DNA from: Bigelowiella natans CCMP2755 | Taxonomy: Eukaryota > Protista > Cercozoa | Direction: 5' to 3' | Assembly: GCA_000320545.1 (NCBI GenBank) | Contig: ADNK01002625.1 | Span: 13,621-77,620, forward strand | DNA: 64,000 nt | The notes under the pieces: generated by a model | The model's database searches: none | The model's input: only the letters and a program-made list of their open reading frames with translations | Told to the model about the DNA's origin: nothing | Part shown: positions 52,832 to 64,000 of the stretch, one piece after another | How positions within the stretch are numbered: the stretch's first letter is position 1 | Layout of the letters: each line of letters begins with the position of its first letter | Program-made: the position numbers and the translations under genes

Positions 52832-54654
52832 ATATGTAACCATCTTTCTGCTTGCACATACGCTTGTGTGTATGTACAACAATAATAATTTCCAGCATCA
52901 CAACAACTGCGGCACCCGCAACAATAATAACAACTGTAATCATCGCCATCGTCGTCGCCATTGCCATAATCATTTATCATCTTCATCATTTTATGATGCT
53001 AGCACCAATTTGATCGCTAATACCTGATTTGCCAACACGCTTGCTCCAACTCCGAGAAATATATCATCTGCGTCAGCTGATTTAATAGATTTACGTGCAC
53101 ATCATATATCACCTAATTGCCTCATAAGTGCGCTCATAAAGAGAGGAAGAGAGATCGCTTCGTCATCACTACTGCCATCCTCATTTTCATCATCATCACC
53201 GTCAAGTATATACCTTGCACTTTAAAGTGTTTTGCGAAAATGTTGGAGGCTATTGCCTGTTGTTGTATTGGTGCGTGTGTCAAAAAGTAACTTAGCAGCT
53301 GAGAGGGGGCGGGTTAACATCAATTTGGATTTACACAGACACACACACACACACACACACAAACACGTGTTCTCCATCCCCTCCCTATCGCTGCGACAAT
53401 AACAATAATCATACCCCCTCCCCCCCCACCACCTCTCGAAATGCCAAAATTCCTTGGTAATTTGAGTACCTGTTATTTATTGTTGTTCTTGTTTTGATTA
53501 GAAATAAGCAAAATTAACAACATAACCAATTTTCTCGCCCGTGCCTCTCCCTCCCCCCCCCCACGTATGTGAGTATGCATTAGGGTATAATTACAAGCGA
53601 AAAATTCTTAAATTGTCTAAAAGAATAATATCTGAAAGCTACAAAGTAATAGTAGTTCGGAATTGTCACTATACATCGAATCGCTTAAATCCAATGAAGG
53701 GGCCTTCTGGTACTTTTCCAGCATAATATCTGCAGCAAGTGTGTTCTCTAATGGTAGCAGCAAGTTATGGAGAAGAAACAGGAACGCCCAATGATAGGCC
53801 AGTACAAGAGAGAGAAGGTGTGAGTGACTCAAGTGTATCCATAGAGATGCATTGTATCAGTTAAATGGCATGCCTCTCTTCTATACTGCTTATCAAAACA
53901 CGACGAGTGTTATGTAAGCACGCGGAGCAAACCTGCGAGTGATAACATCACGCATCCGTCTGGATTGCTGTCTTTGTCGTACTTGTTTTTCAATAATTCG
54001 CCCTCAAACTGGCGGTAGAATGCCTTCGGTTTGGCTGAATTATAAAAACAAGTATCACTTTACACTATTTCCTACGAGGTGAAAGAACAACATCTATTCA
54101 GTCATTTGGTCTATAACACAAGTGTCGTCACCACTTCATGTAGTCTATCATCATCCAATTCATACCAACCGGCTTCAACAGCTCTCTCAGAGATAGCAGC
54201 CATTGCTACTGCAGGGTCTTTACCGCTCTGTAAGTTAATAGCACGTATTATCACAGGCTGTGTTAAAGTGAAGTATAACAAAAGCATTACCTACCATCGT
54301 AACATTGCATAGTAGGTATCATTATCGTCGCTATCGATTCATACAAAAGTGAAGTTCTCTAGTACACGACGGTTTCTGCCTTACACTTCTTACATTGATA
54401 GGCGATGAGGATGATGTAGAGAGCGACGCACAACAGTACACAGCGGCCAACCAAGGCCTTGCGAGTGGTCTAAATGAGATCATCCGGGTATGATGGCCTC
54501 GATTGCGACGTATTTTCCTTGCCTCTCTTCTCATTTTCATAAGACTCCTTGTAGTCGTTGTTGTAGGCGTTGCTCCGCGTGGAGAAAGTCTTTTCGTCGT
54601 CATCATCATCATCATCAGCGGCCTGGTGCTTCTATTAAAACACATACGATTCAT
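48946..54654 (-). CDS. ACC-synthase-like PLP-dependent aminotransferase (class I/II); multi-exon; R-rich organellar presequence
   Basis: Spliced boxes NPDGCVMLSLAENTL, YSNYQGILAFRE, ANPGDG-VLIPTPFYGAF, SPDNPL, VSDELYALS, HILWAASKDFGASGFRMG (PLP Lys), AGLFVWLDLR, APGESFG..PGYFRMCV. Confidence 0.88.
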
Positions 54655-54919
54655 TCGGTACTTCCAATACTAGTATTTCATGAACCTAAAATTAGTTAAA
54701 AAACGACAGTTCACCTGCTCTTCAGGGCACTCATTTACTATGTTCTTTTTCCTGCTCTCCTCCCCCCCCCTCCAACGGAAGCTTTCCTCTGCAACAGGTT
54801 TAGAGCACGAGCAGTAGATAAAAATGAAACAGCACGTGTTTTTAACCTGCGACAACTTAATTTAAAAGTCGTTTTACCCAAAAGTTCCACTACATTGCGA
54901 CACAAAATATTTAATGTCG

Positions 54920-56040
54920 CAGCCTTGAAATGTCATGATTTTGCATGTATCAACACGTATCATTGCATGTGTTCTGTGACTCGTGCAATGCTTGGCTGAC
55001 CCTAGCATCAATCGGCATCCATGCCAATTTCATGGGATGCGGCTGATTTTTTTGTGTCTCTCACCAACAGGGTGCTGACAAGTCCTCGCAACGAGTGTTG
55101 TTGAGGCTCTGCTGCGTGCAAATGCCTGTCTCCCATGTGGTTCTGGCGCATGCTGCAGTTTTTGATCAACGCTTTCTTCATTGTTCATTGTTGCTTGCTC
55201 AACACATCATCCTCAGCTTCCTCAGATGTGAATCTTTAGCTAGTTGTGTTGCTCACCACCAACAGAGTGCTGACAAGTCTAGAAGTCCTCGCAATGATTT
55301 TTGTTGAGGCGCTGCTGCATGCACACGCCTGTCTCCCATTGCCAGCATTGGCGGTCATGCCAGCGTGGCGCACGCGCTAGCGCGTGCAGGTTTGCACCAA
55401 TGCTAGAATGCTTCATTCATTCTAGCTGTGATGGTGGTTCATCCCTCGCTGTGGATTGTCCTGTGTGCATGTCTCCCATGTGGTTGCTGCACAACACGTC
55501 GAGCGACCAGTCTGTCAGTTTTCCAGCTCGAAATTGATGAACTGAACACGATTTTGGCGCTCCACCGGCGTGATCGAACAATGAACAATGAACAATGAAT
55601 GAAGCACGATCATGCACAAAATCCATTAGTCCAACACACGCCAATGTTTCACATCGTGGCGCTTGATGATGTGATAGACACAGCAATGTGACACAATTGA
55701 TTCAACTAGCCAAGCATGCTTGCACAAAATTCGCTCACTCTTGCAAATGCGACGGCTAGACGGGCGTGCGTGACTAAATGATGCACGCACAGGTCCTGTG
55801 TGAGTCACACTGATTTAGTGATAATGCTTCAATGCAATGTCTAGACGTAGATTGCACCCCATGAATTTGACACCATCTAAACCATCATGTCAGATCACAT
55901 TGCTCGATGCTGCGACGCATGCAACAAAATGTTCCCTCGCCGGCCAGATGCACACCAGCAATGAACAACAATGCATCTTCGTTGGGGTTGTTTCATCAGC
56001 TTACATGCATCTAAATTGCACAGGTTGAAGCAATGACACC
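54920..56040. other. TpA-depleted island 6, with an internal ~75-bp diverged duplication
   Basis: In 54961-55820 the non-CTAG TA are only TTAG, ATAG and CTAA. caccaacagRgtgctgacaagtc... occurs at ~55062 and ~55257. Confidence 0.9.
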
Positions 56041-56482
56041 TTCTATTAAAGAGTGGTATTCTCTTAGCCAACCTTGTCATCAAGCTATAATTACACCGAC
56101 TGCAACATCTGATTTATCGAATTTATTAACTGCGTACTAATTAGCTAACAAGATTCGGTTTGATTATGTGTCAAATTCTCTTCATTTCCTTCACACATAT
56201 CGTTCTTCCATTGCCATATGTGTGTACCAAAACCCAAATTCACACACGATGCACACGTGTATACATAACGTCAACTGTGTATAAATTTCTTTTTATATTT
56301 TAGCTGACAACAACTTCATCCTCTGCATAAGATGTGCCCTTCGTTGGCCACAAAACTAACAAGTATCCCAAGCGAAAAACAAGTATTTTCTAGCACTCTA
56401 TTCAGGTGATTCAGGAAAAAGAATGTAAAATTTAAATCCAAAGGAGCTTCAGCTGATGTGTGTATTGAGCAGGTACTAACTT

Positions 56483-57180
56483 CTAATAGCCTTTGGGACT
56501 AAGATCGAATAATTCGCTTTGTTTTTCCTTCTCCGATTTGGTGATATCCTTGCCCTTTTTGTTTCCATGGATCCAGATGCAGTTTTGATAAAGCTCCGAC
56601 CGGTAGCACACACGACCCTATTTCATATTCAAAAAGAAGGAGTTCTGTCATATCTAGCCGAGTAGATTGCAAAATGAATGCCAAGGTAATCCTAGGCATG
56701 TGCATTGATAATTTCCATTCAATAAATCTCAACGAATCGAGTTCGGTACTAATCATCTTGCAACATGCCATATGATGTACTGATATCATCATTTAAATAA
56801 TCTGTATATGTTATACGTTCTTCGTGTTGTCGTAGGTCTTGAGCCAGTGCCATTCCAATCTACAACCTATTTTATGATGGGTACTAATCATTTTTAAAGC
56901 TAATCGCATAGAAATGAAGGGATACCAGCAGGTTATATGATGTGCTACTGCGTATATGTTTTCGTATAGCATCAGATATACCTTTATTTCTGCATTTGTT
57001 GAAAGTTCCATCCGGAAAAACAAACTTATTGAGAAACCTGAGTGGAGAAAGAAAGAGGGGCTATGACTATCTGGTGATTATGCCGATGATGACGAAACTA
57101 TGAAGAGGATGGACGTGTGGTTATGATATTAGTTCAAAATACCAATTTTAAATTCATATGTTTGAAAATAAAAATGTATG

Positions 57181-57223
<43 letters not shown>

Positions 57224-58405
57224 CATTTCAGAGTTGAAGTTGCCATTGAGTCCTCCTGCTCTTAGGTGCCAGAAAGGCACAAATTCGCCTTTTTTGGTCT
57301 TCGCAGTGACGCGAATGGGATCAATCTTTTCACCATTTAATCGAAATTCTTGGTAACCGCCGTGGCCATACTTTAGCATAACCTAGTGAAGGGAGATTCA
57401 GTATTCTGTTGTGCGTGTGGAGATTAGTTGACTTTTTTAATGTTATTACTATTAGCATTATCATTTCATTGACAGTGATCTTGTTTGAACTAGCACCTAT
57501 CGCTATTACTATATCGACGGCTTTTCTTCTGCTACAGTTACTACAACTATTACTAATACTACATCAACGGTGTCCTTCTTTGGAATAGGTTCCCATTTCT
57601 TGGGTGGAATAGTATAGCCGCAGATCTTAGACGGGGTAGGGAGTCTTCTATCCTCTCTCTTCGTCCAAATCCATCCTTCATAGTTGTTGAATGAATTATA
57701 TGTAACATAAAACTTGTGATTAGGTATTGTCTTTTATTTATGATGGTATTTGAATGTTCTTCTTGATCGAAGAACAACTACAAAAACGAGCACACATACC
57801 CTTTTTCCTCCACGCATCTTCAAAACTCTGATACTTAGCACTTTTAGTTTGCATTGGCCATATTCCTCGTTCCATGCTAGGGTTTTTAAATCGCTTCTTA
57901 ACCTTTTTGGAATAACAAAACCGTAGGCGTCTTAGAGGTCATCTATTGTTCTTCCCGACGTTCGTGCAGATATGCGCGTATTATTACCTGCAGCACTTGA
58001 CTCTGCTTATTAATTTGCCATGGAGTGTATAATAGGCCATCACAGTCCCGAAAATTGAGTTTGCTAGAGTGTATGTCATAGGTTTCGAATCATTTGATAA
58101 AATGGCTGCTTCTTCTAGCAAAGTTACAAGAGCTACCGATGATAGTGTCAGAGTGCTAAATATCAAACTATCGTATTCGATGTATGACAATGTGTTCAGT
58201 GTGGGACTGAAACGGATTGAGTGAGCAATTTTAATTGATCTTCTTACTTCTCCTTGCATGACGTCCTGAAATTGGAATAGGGTAGGTTTTTGTTGTTAAC
58301 CCGCTTGACTACCATCCCATGTCCTTTAGCTCCGAGAATACACGTCTCAGGGCATAAAATCGAAATTACGATGGCCAATGGGAAGAGTGGGAATGATGGC
58401 TGCAT
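56483..58405 (-). CDS. Hypothetical basic protein with a signal-peptide-like N-terminus; multi-exon
   Basis: MQPSFPLFPLAIVISILC... Phase-compatible exons VKKRFKNPSMERGIWP..AWRKKG|WIWTKRED..KKDTVD|VMLKYGHGGYQEF. Several junctions are unresolved. Confidence 0.45.
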
Positions 58406-58548
58406 TCTATACACCTCAATTTCTGTTAGCACATTAAAATACAACAAATATTAGAATTAGCTACGATGCGGCTGCGCCATATTTCGGATACATAACACGT
58501 CTACTCCTACACACACACACACACACACACACACATGAAAACACACAT

Positions 58549-58606
<58 letters not shown>

Positions 58607-59721
58607 TGACACGCCGAAACTATGTATGCGTCTAGTTCTTAGTTTCTTTTTTAGATAATCTGAACGCGTATTTAGAGGTAGGCTGCACGAATACCTGGCC
58701 TGTGGTTTCAGATCGTATGAGTTATGTTGATGCAAGACTTTGCTCCAGGTTCCAGCAGAGGCTAGAGAGATCACGTGTGTGTGTGCGTGTGTGTGTCTAG
58801 GGTTTGTGTCGGAGAATGAGTTATCTGGTGAGAGCACAGTGCTTTAACACAGGCAGTGATGCCGCGCGCACGTAGCCCTGCCTGTGCCTGAATCACAAAG
58901 CTTCCGAGACCACCATCGCACTTGTTGCAAAAAATGGCTTTTCAGCATGTCGCAGGTGAAAAAACGCACATAAATTAAGATAAATTACCCTGGTTCCGCT
59001 GGCATGAGATGGGTCTTAGAAAGGGTTGGATGCAAACTCTCATAGGAACAGCTTGCTCCAATGCCGCCGACGCGTGTCTACAAAATCCCTGATGTTTTAC
59101 CGTTACGACATGGCAACATGTGGGTGGAGGGCAACAATTTATGCCGAAAACTTCCAAAAATAGAACCATTGGAATTCTCACAAGATAATAATTAATAACA
59201 CCAATAATTAATCACACGAGATGTGAATGAATCACGTGAGACTTGGGACAAACTTTGAAGCGTGTCTACGCGTGCTTAATTAGTCAGCGTCTCAAATCTC
59301 TATCTACCAGGCCTTTTTCCAAAGACAGCTGATTGCGAGCAAAAACTGGAAAAAAGGCCCCTATTTCTGACACAAGAAGAGCATCCACAGCGTGACTAAT
59401 TTCAGATTGACTTTTTCCGACCTTACGATAATTAGAACACCGTTTCATATCGTTGTCGCACATGTGAAAACACAGAAATTCTTCGCATTCTGAACTGTAA
59501 GCCCTTGACGCACACCTCCAAAAGGATGGTGTTTCGTTCCGACAGCCATTGGATATTTTTTGAAATTCGGTAATATTCATGGAATTTGTAATCTGCGACA
59601 AATAAACTGTTGTTATCGTTACGCGGTAGGAGCACGCCATTCTGTTGTTGAAACGTAAACACCTTTACGAAACTCATATCCCTCCCCTCTACTTCAAGAA
59701 CTACTATCTAGGACTTGAAGA

Positions 59722-60944
59722 ATGTGCATGGTGGACATGGCCGGGCTGCGGCTCTGGATTGTTCTGGTCAGTATTCGATTTTTTGTTGGTGCAAAATCGG
59801 TGATTTTTTGGCACGTTGATGATAGTATTGAGTGTCATTTTGCAATAGGGTTTCTGCCTCATCTCTGTGCACTCGGAAGCTAACTCAACGATAATAAGCG
59901 CAGGGTAAAATTAATTTATAGCTATAGATGCCATGAAATATTATTCTTATTCTATCTTACATTCCTATCTTCTCTCTAGATGCCGCCAACAGGCATTGAG
60001 CTTTCTGCTGCCCTACAACTCCTCATACACCCCATGCGCCAATGAACTCTACAAGATGTTCTCGGTTAACAATGATTTGGGATTCTCCAACATCCAAACA
60101 AAATGCATAGGCCGCAGCTCTCTTGAATCTTGCTTTTCGGTAAGCATATCCTCCCCCTCCCCTCTCTCGCTCTCTCCCACACATATATTTGATTATGTAT
60201 TGGAATAATAAACATATATGTATATTGATACACTGATTGATATGATACAGATAAATGATCCTGTAAATACGATGGGAGTACAGCTGAACGACAACATAGA
60301 CGATTGTGAGCTATGCGCCAACAGAACAGCTTGCCAATCGCTGCTAAATCTTCTGTTTCTCAACATCTCTTCTTCACCTGGAAGTTGCACAACGCCTACC
60401 TCCGACCCTACCGTGATTTTTACCGACCTAACCCTCATCGTTTTCATGAGGTTCCAGCTAGATATAAAGTGCTCTGGTGTGTACAGCTACGACGTGCAAG
60501 ACGGCTACATGCAGGTAAATCGATAACCTACTATGCATCTTGTTTGAACCTACCCTTTCTCATGATAAAAAATCCCCTGGAGCGAGAATACAACAACATT
60601 GTTTGGATAAATCTTCATTAGCTTCGTCTACATTGTTGATGTGTTTGGTATAATATTTCTGCCGTGTATTGCTTGCATCCTAGACATCTCGAAATACTCT
60701 CTAATAGCAGACCTGCTTTTTAACAACAGAATCTACAATACCTGACACAATGCAAGTGCGCTTTGCTGCCTTGTCCTCCTGGTATTTACTGTGGTGAAAA
60801 TCAGAAGCCTGAGTTTTGTCCTCTTGGCCACTACTGCCCTTCCTATGGGGGAGAGAAGATAAAATGCAAGGACGGTTACTTTTGCCCAACTGGGAGTACC
60901 AAGGAGACAGAATGCGCGCCGTAAGTCTCTTGTTTGTCCTCTTG

Positions 60945-60981
<37 letters not shown>

Positions 60982-61277
60982 AACTACTTCTGTGTGATCT
61001 ATCGATCGTTTTAATGTTGTTTTTTTTTTTTATCAAATGCAAAAGACTTTTCTCTTTGGAAGTAAAGCGATAAAGAACAAATGATGTATATTCATGATGC
61101 TTATTTTCCTCTTTTCCTCCCCCAGACGATTGACCACCTACTCAGTGATTTCCTCCTCCGTTCGTTTATCAATTCGAATTTGCACTTGCCATTTTTTCCT
61201 AAGTTGGTCTAATTTATTCACCCAGTTTTGCTTATTGTCCGGAAGAATCGTCGCGACAGTACGAGTATGGCAAACGC

Positions 61278-61360
<83 letters not shown>

Positions 61361-62788
61361 GAATTAGAGGCCAACTAAGAAAGAGAATAAAATGTATGTT
61401 AGGTTCTCCTGATACATCTGGGAGATGTTAGAATATTGCGATTGCATCCTCAAAATAAAGCAATTCGAATGTGACCTTAAGATTTATGATTGGTATTTTC
61501 TTGCTTGGTTTTCTGCTACGATGGGTGCTGTTGAATTACAGATACGCGCCTTTGGCTCTGATGCTAGTTGTTAGCGCGGGTAGGCCAGCTAACAATTGCG
61601 AGCAATCAAATCCTTTGCGAAGTTCATGTTGCAACTTATCATAGCTGCTCCTAAACGGGACGCATTCTTTTCTACCATTTCACGCATTTGAATACATCTC
61701 TTGTACTAATAAATTTATAATCACCATCGCCCTCTTTATCATAACAATAATAGGTCTCTTCACGCTACACGTCTGCTGCGCTCCTCCAAAACAGCAGCTC
61801 GATGGTCAGAAGGCCGATGCGAAGGAGAGCACGACGAAATGGGCCACACCTCGTGAAGAAGGAGGGGACAGGGGTGGTGGAGATGCAAAGGGGGAGATTG
61901 GAGGGTCTTCAAAATCTAACGAGAACCTTTCAAAGCTTCGACGCCAACGCACAGCCCGCATCCACATTCGTTATGAGAATTTGAGCCTTCGTGTCTCGCC
62001 TGGAGGGGGGTGCTGTGGGTGCTGCTGTAGCAGCGATGTTGGAGGAGGCATCATCGATGACGACGGCTATATTACGAGACTTAACTCTATTTCTGGAAGC
62101 ATGAAGCCTGGGACATTGACAGGTTCTATCACTTTCAATATATCGTGCCTTTTTTGTCGGTTAGTAGTGGGGTTAGCGTAGATGTGCGCGCCTCGTTGCA
62201 GAACCCGCCATCTCTATCGTCGGTATGATTTCCGTGCGAGCTTGCACTCCAATACTACTCTGATATCTTGATGTTGTTGCAAAACAAAACAGGCGTCATG
62301 GGGCCTTCAGGATCAGGAAAGTCTACGTTCTTGAATGTCTTATGCGGGAAGCTTGAGAAGACGCACGGGAAGATCTTTGTAAACCACAAAGAGGCATCAC
62401 TGACATGGTATAAACAAGCAATCGGCTTTGTGCCTCAAGAGGTAGGTAGTAGCTATAGCTACCTGCTCTTGACAATGACTATTGGACGTGCAGTAGTAGT
62501 TGTAGTAGTAGCAGTAGTTGTAGTTGTAGTAGTAGCAGCAGTAATAGTAGCACAAAGCAGCTTTACGCAGTCTTCTGAAGCAAGGATGTGCTGTTGTGGG
62601 AGGAGTGTGGTGATCACTGAGACTGTGCCAAAGTAGACAGTCGTTTGAATTGTTTGTTGTTTAAAAAGAGAGAATACCTGGCCATTTCACAACAGAACTC
62701 TTGAATACGTCGACATGACGAGATTATCATATATTATAGCCCTCCAAATTTCACTTTTCTAGCATCAGAAGACCTAATTGACTTGTAT

Positions 62789-62829
<41 letters not shown>

Positions 62830-63055
62830 GACAACAACACACGGTACTACGGGTATTTTCAGGATATTTTAGATTCGCAGTTGACGGTGCGAGAGGCGCT
62901 AGACTTTTCTGCAAAGATACGGCTGAGAGCACCTCCAAAGGAGCGCAATGCTGTTGTTGATAGCACACTGAAACTGCTTGGACTATGGGATGTGAAAGAT
63001 AGTATTATTGGAGATGATCTCACACGGTGATATCTTGCGCTGATAAATGTATATT

Positions 63056-63102
<47 letters not shown>

Positions 63103-63656
63103 ATATTTATATATATTATTTATGCAAATGGAAAGAACAAAAACATTTGAAAGTATAAAACCATAAACGCCGATTTTCTACTACACTGTTAGTGGAATAT
63201 CTGGTGGGGAGAAGCGTCGTGTAAGCATAGGCGTGGAGCTTGTTGCAAGGCCTGCAGCTCTGTTTTTAGACGAGCCAACAACAGGTAAAATGATAACAAT
63301 AAATGATAATAATAATGATAATAAATAATAATAATGGAGTTAATGTGTTTCTTCGTAATCAACAAGCATATAACAGACTATCGCCTCTTGAATATCCTGA
63401 CAATAAGCACAACAACGTCGCTGTTTATCTAACGTTGATGGCGATCAGGTCTGGATGCGACAACAGCGCACAACATCATGCGCCTATTGAGAAGGATTGC
63501 AGAGAAAGATAGCGTCACTGTATGCGCTGTGATTCACCAGCCAAGGCAGTCAATTCTGAACATGTGTCATGGTAATAACGAGAAGTAGAAGATGCAATAA
63601 CGAGATAAACAAGATGAAGGACATCGATAGTTAAATAGGTTGGGGTTGCTGTAGTG

Positions 63657-63696
<40 letters not shown>

Positions 63697-64000
63697 CGTT
63701 AGTAGTTTTAGTAAATATGAAAAGCTAGTAGCTAGCCGGTGCGAGGCGTGGAGGAATAAGGAAGAACAGGGGGAAGGGGGGAGAGGGGGGGGGGGGTTAC
63801 AGAGGGTTTGCGACAACGTTCTAGAAAGATACCTCTCGCAACCAATTGCAGGGATTGTTCTGCTACTGAAGGGAGGGAGGCTGTGCTTCGCTGGGTCGGT
63901 GGATAGGGCAGTTATGCACATTGGAGAAAAACCGTTTTAGGTTGGCATTAAATTATCCATAATATATATTATTTTTATAAAGATATATATATATATATAT
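59722..64000 (+). CDS. ABCG (White-like) transporter with a signal peptide and Cys-rich N-terminal ectodomain; 3' partial
   Basis: Walker [14 protein letters not shown]-loop GFVPQE, LTVREAL, signature [13 protein letters not shown], Walker [17 protein letters not shown]. Upstream exons are Cys-rich. Confidence 0.9.

Larger units (their letters stand above)
1..64000. repeat. Abundant microsatellites, mainly intronic: (TA)n, (CA/TG)n, (GA)n, (GAT)n, (TAG)n, (CTT)n
   Basis: Examples at 3717-3750, 7628-7690, 15077-15140, 26275-26320, 36803-36840, 61285-61356. Confidence 0.95.

Noticed and set aside
58796-58806. TCTAGGG/CTAGGGTTT telomere-like words (also ~9416, ~57877)
   Set aside because: Single isolated units, compatible with chance.
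1-64000. tRNA, rRNA or autonomous transposon genes
   Set aside because: None recognisable by eye. A covariance-model or repeat-library search was not possible.

Overview
Eukaryotic, intron-rich, AT-rich nuclear DNA with many microsatellites in its introns. Bipartite signal+transit leaders point to an alga with a secondary plastid (chlorarachniophyte-like; inference). About 11 genes were spliced by hand: a triosephosphate isomerase fused in frame to an SMP-30/gluconolactonase domain (runs off the left edge), a CCR4/PDE12-like EEP nuclease, a large NHL/ZnF/PDZ-like protein, a small plastid-targeted orphan, a BesD/HalD-family 2OG-Fe(II) oxygenase, a C2-domain protein, an intronless GT2-GT2-TM-sulfotransferase with a frameshift at an A8 run, an ACC-synthase-like PLP enzyme, two hypothetical genes and an ABCG transporter (runs off the right edge). 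The strongest signal is non-coding. Six intergenic islands of 0.5-1.5 kb have almost lost the dinucleotide TpA except inside CTAG, are rich in CA/TG and keep CpG. Repeat copies inside the window suggest TA was converted to TG/CA. This looks like a region-targeted A-to-G (TpA, TAG-sparing) hypermutation process, opposite in direction to fungal RIP. All counts and gene models are by eye; no database searches were run.
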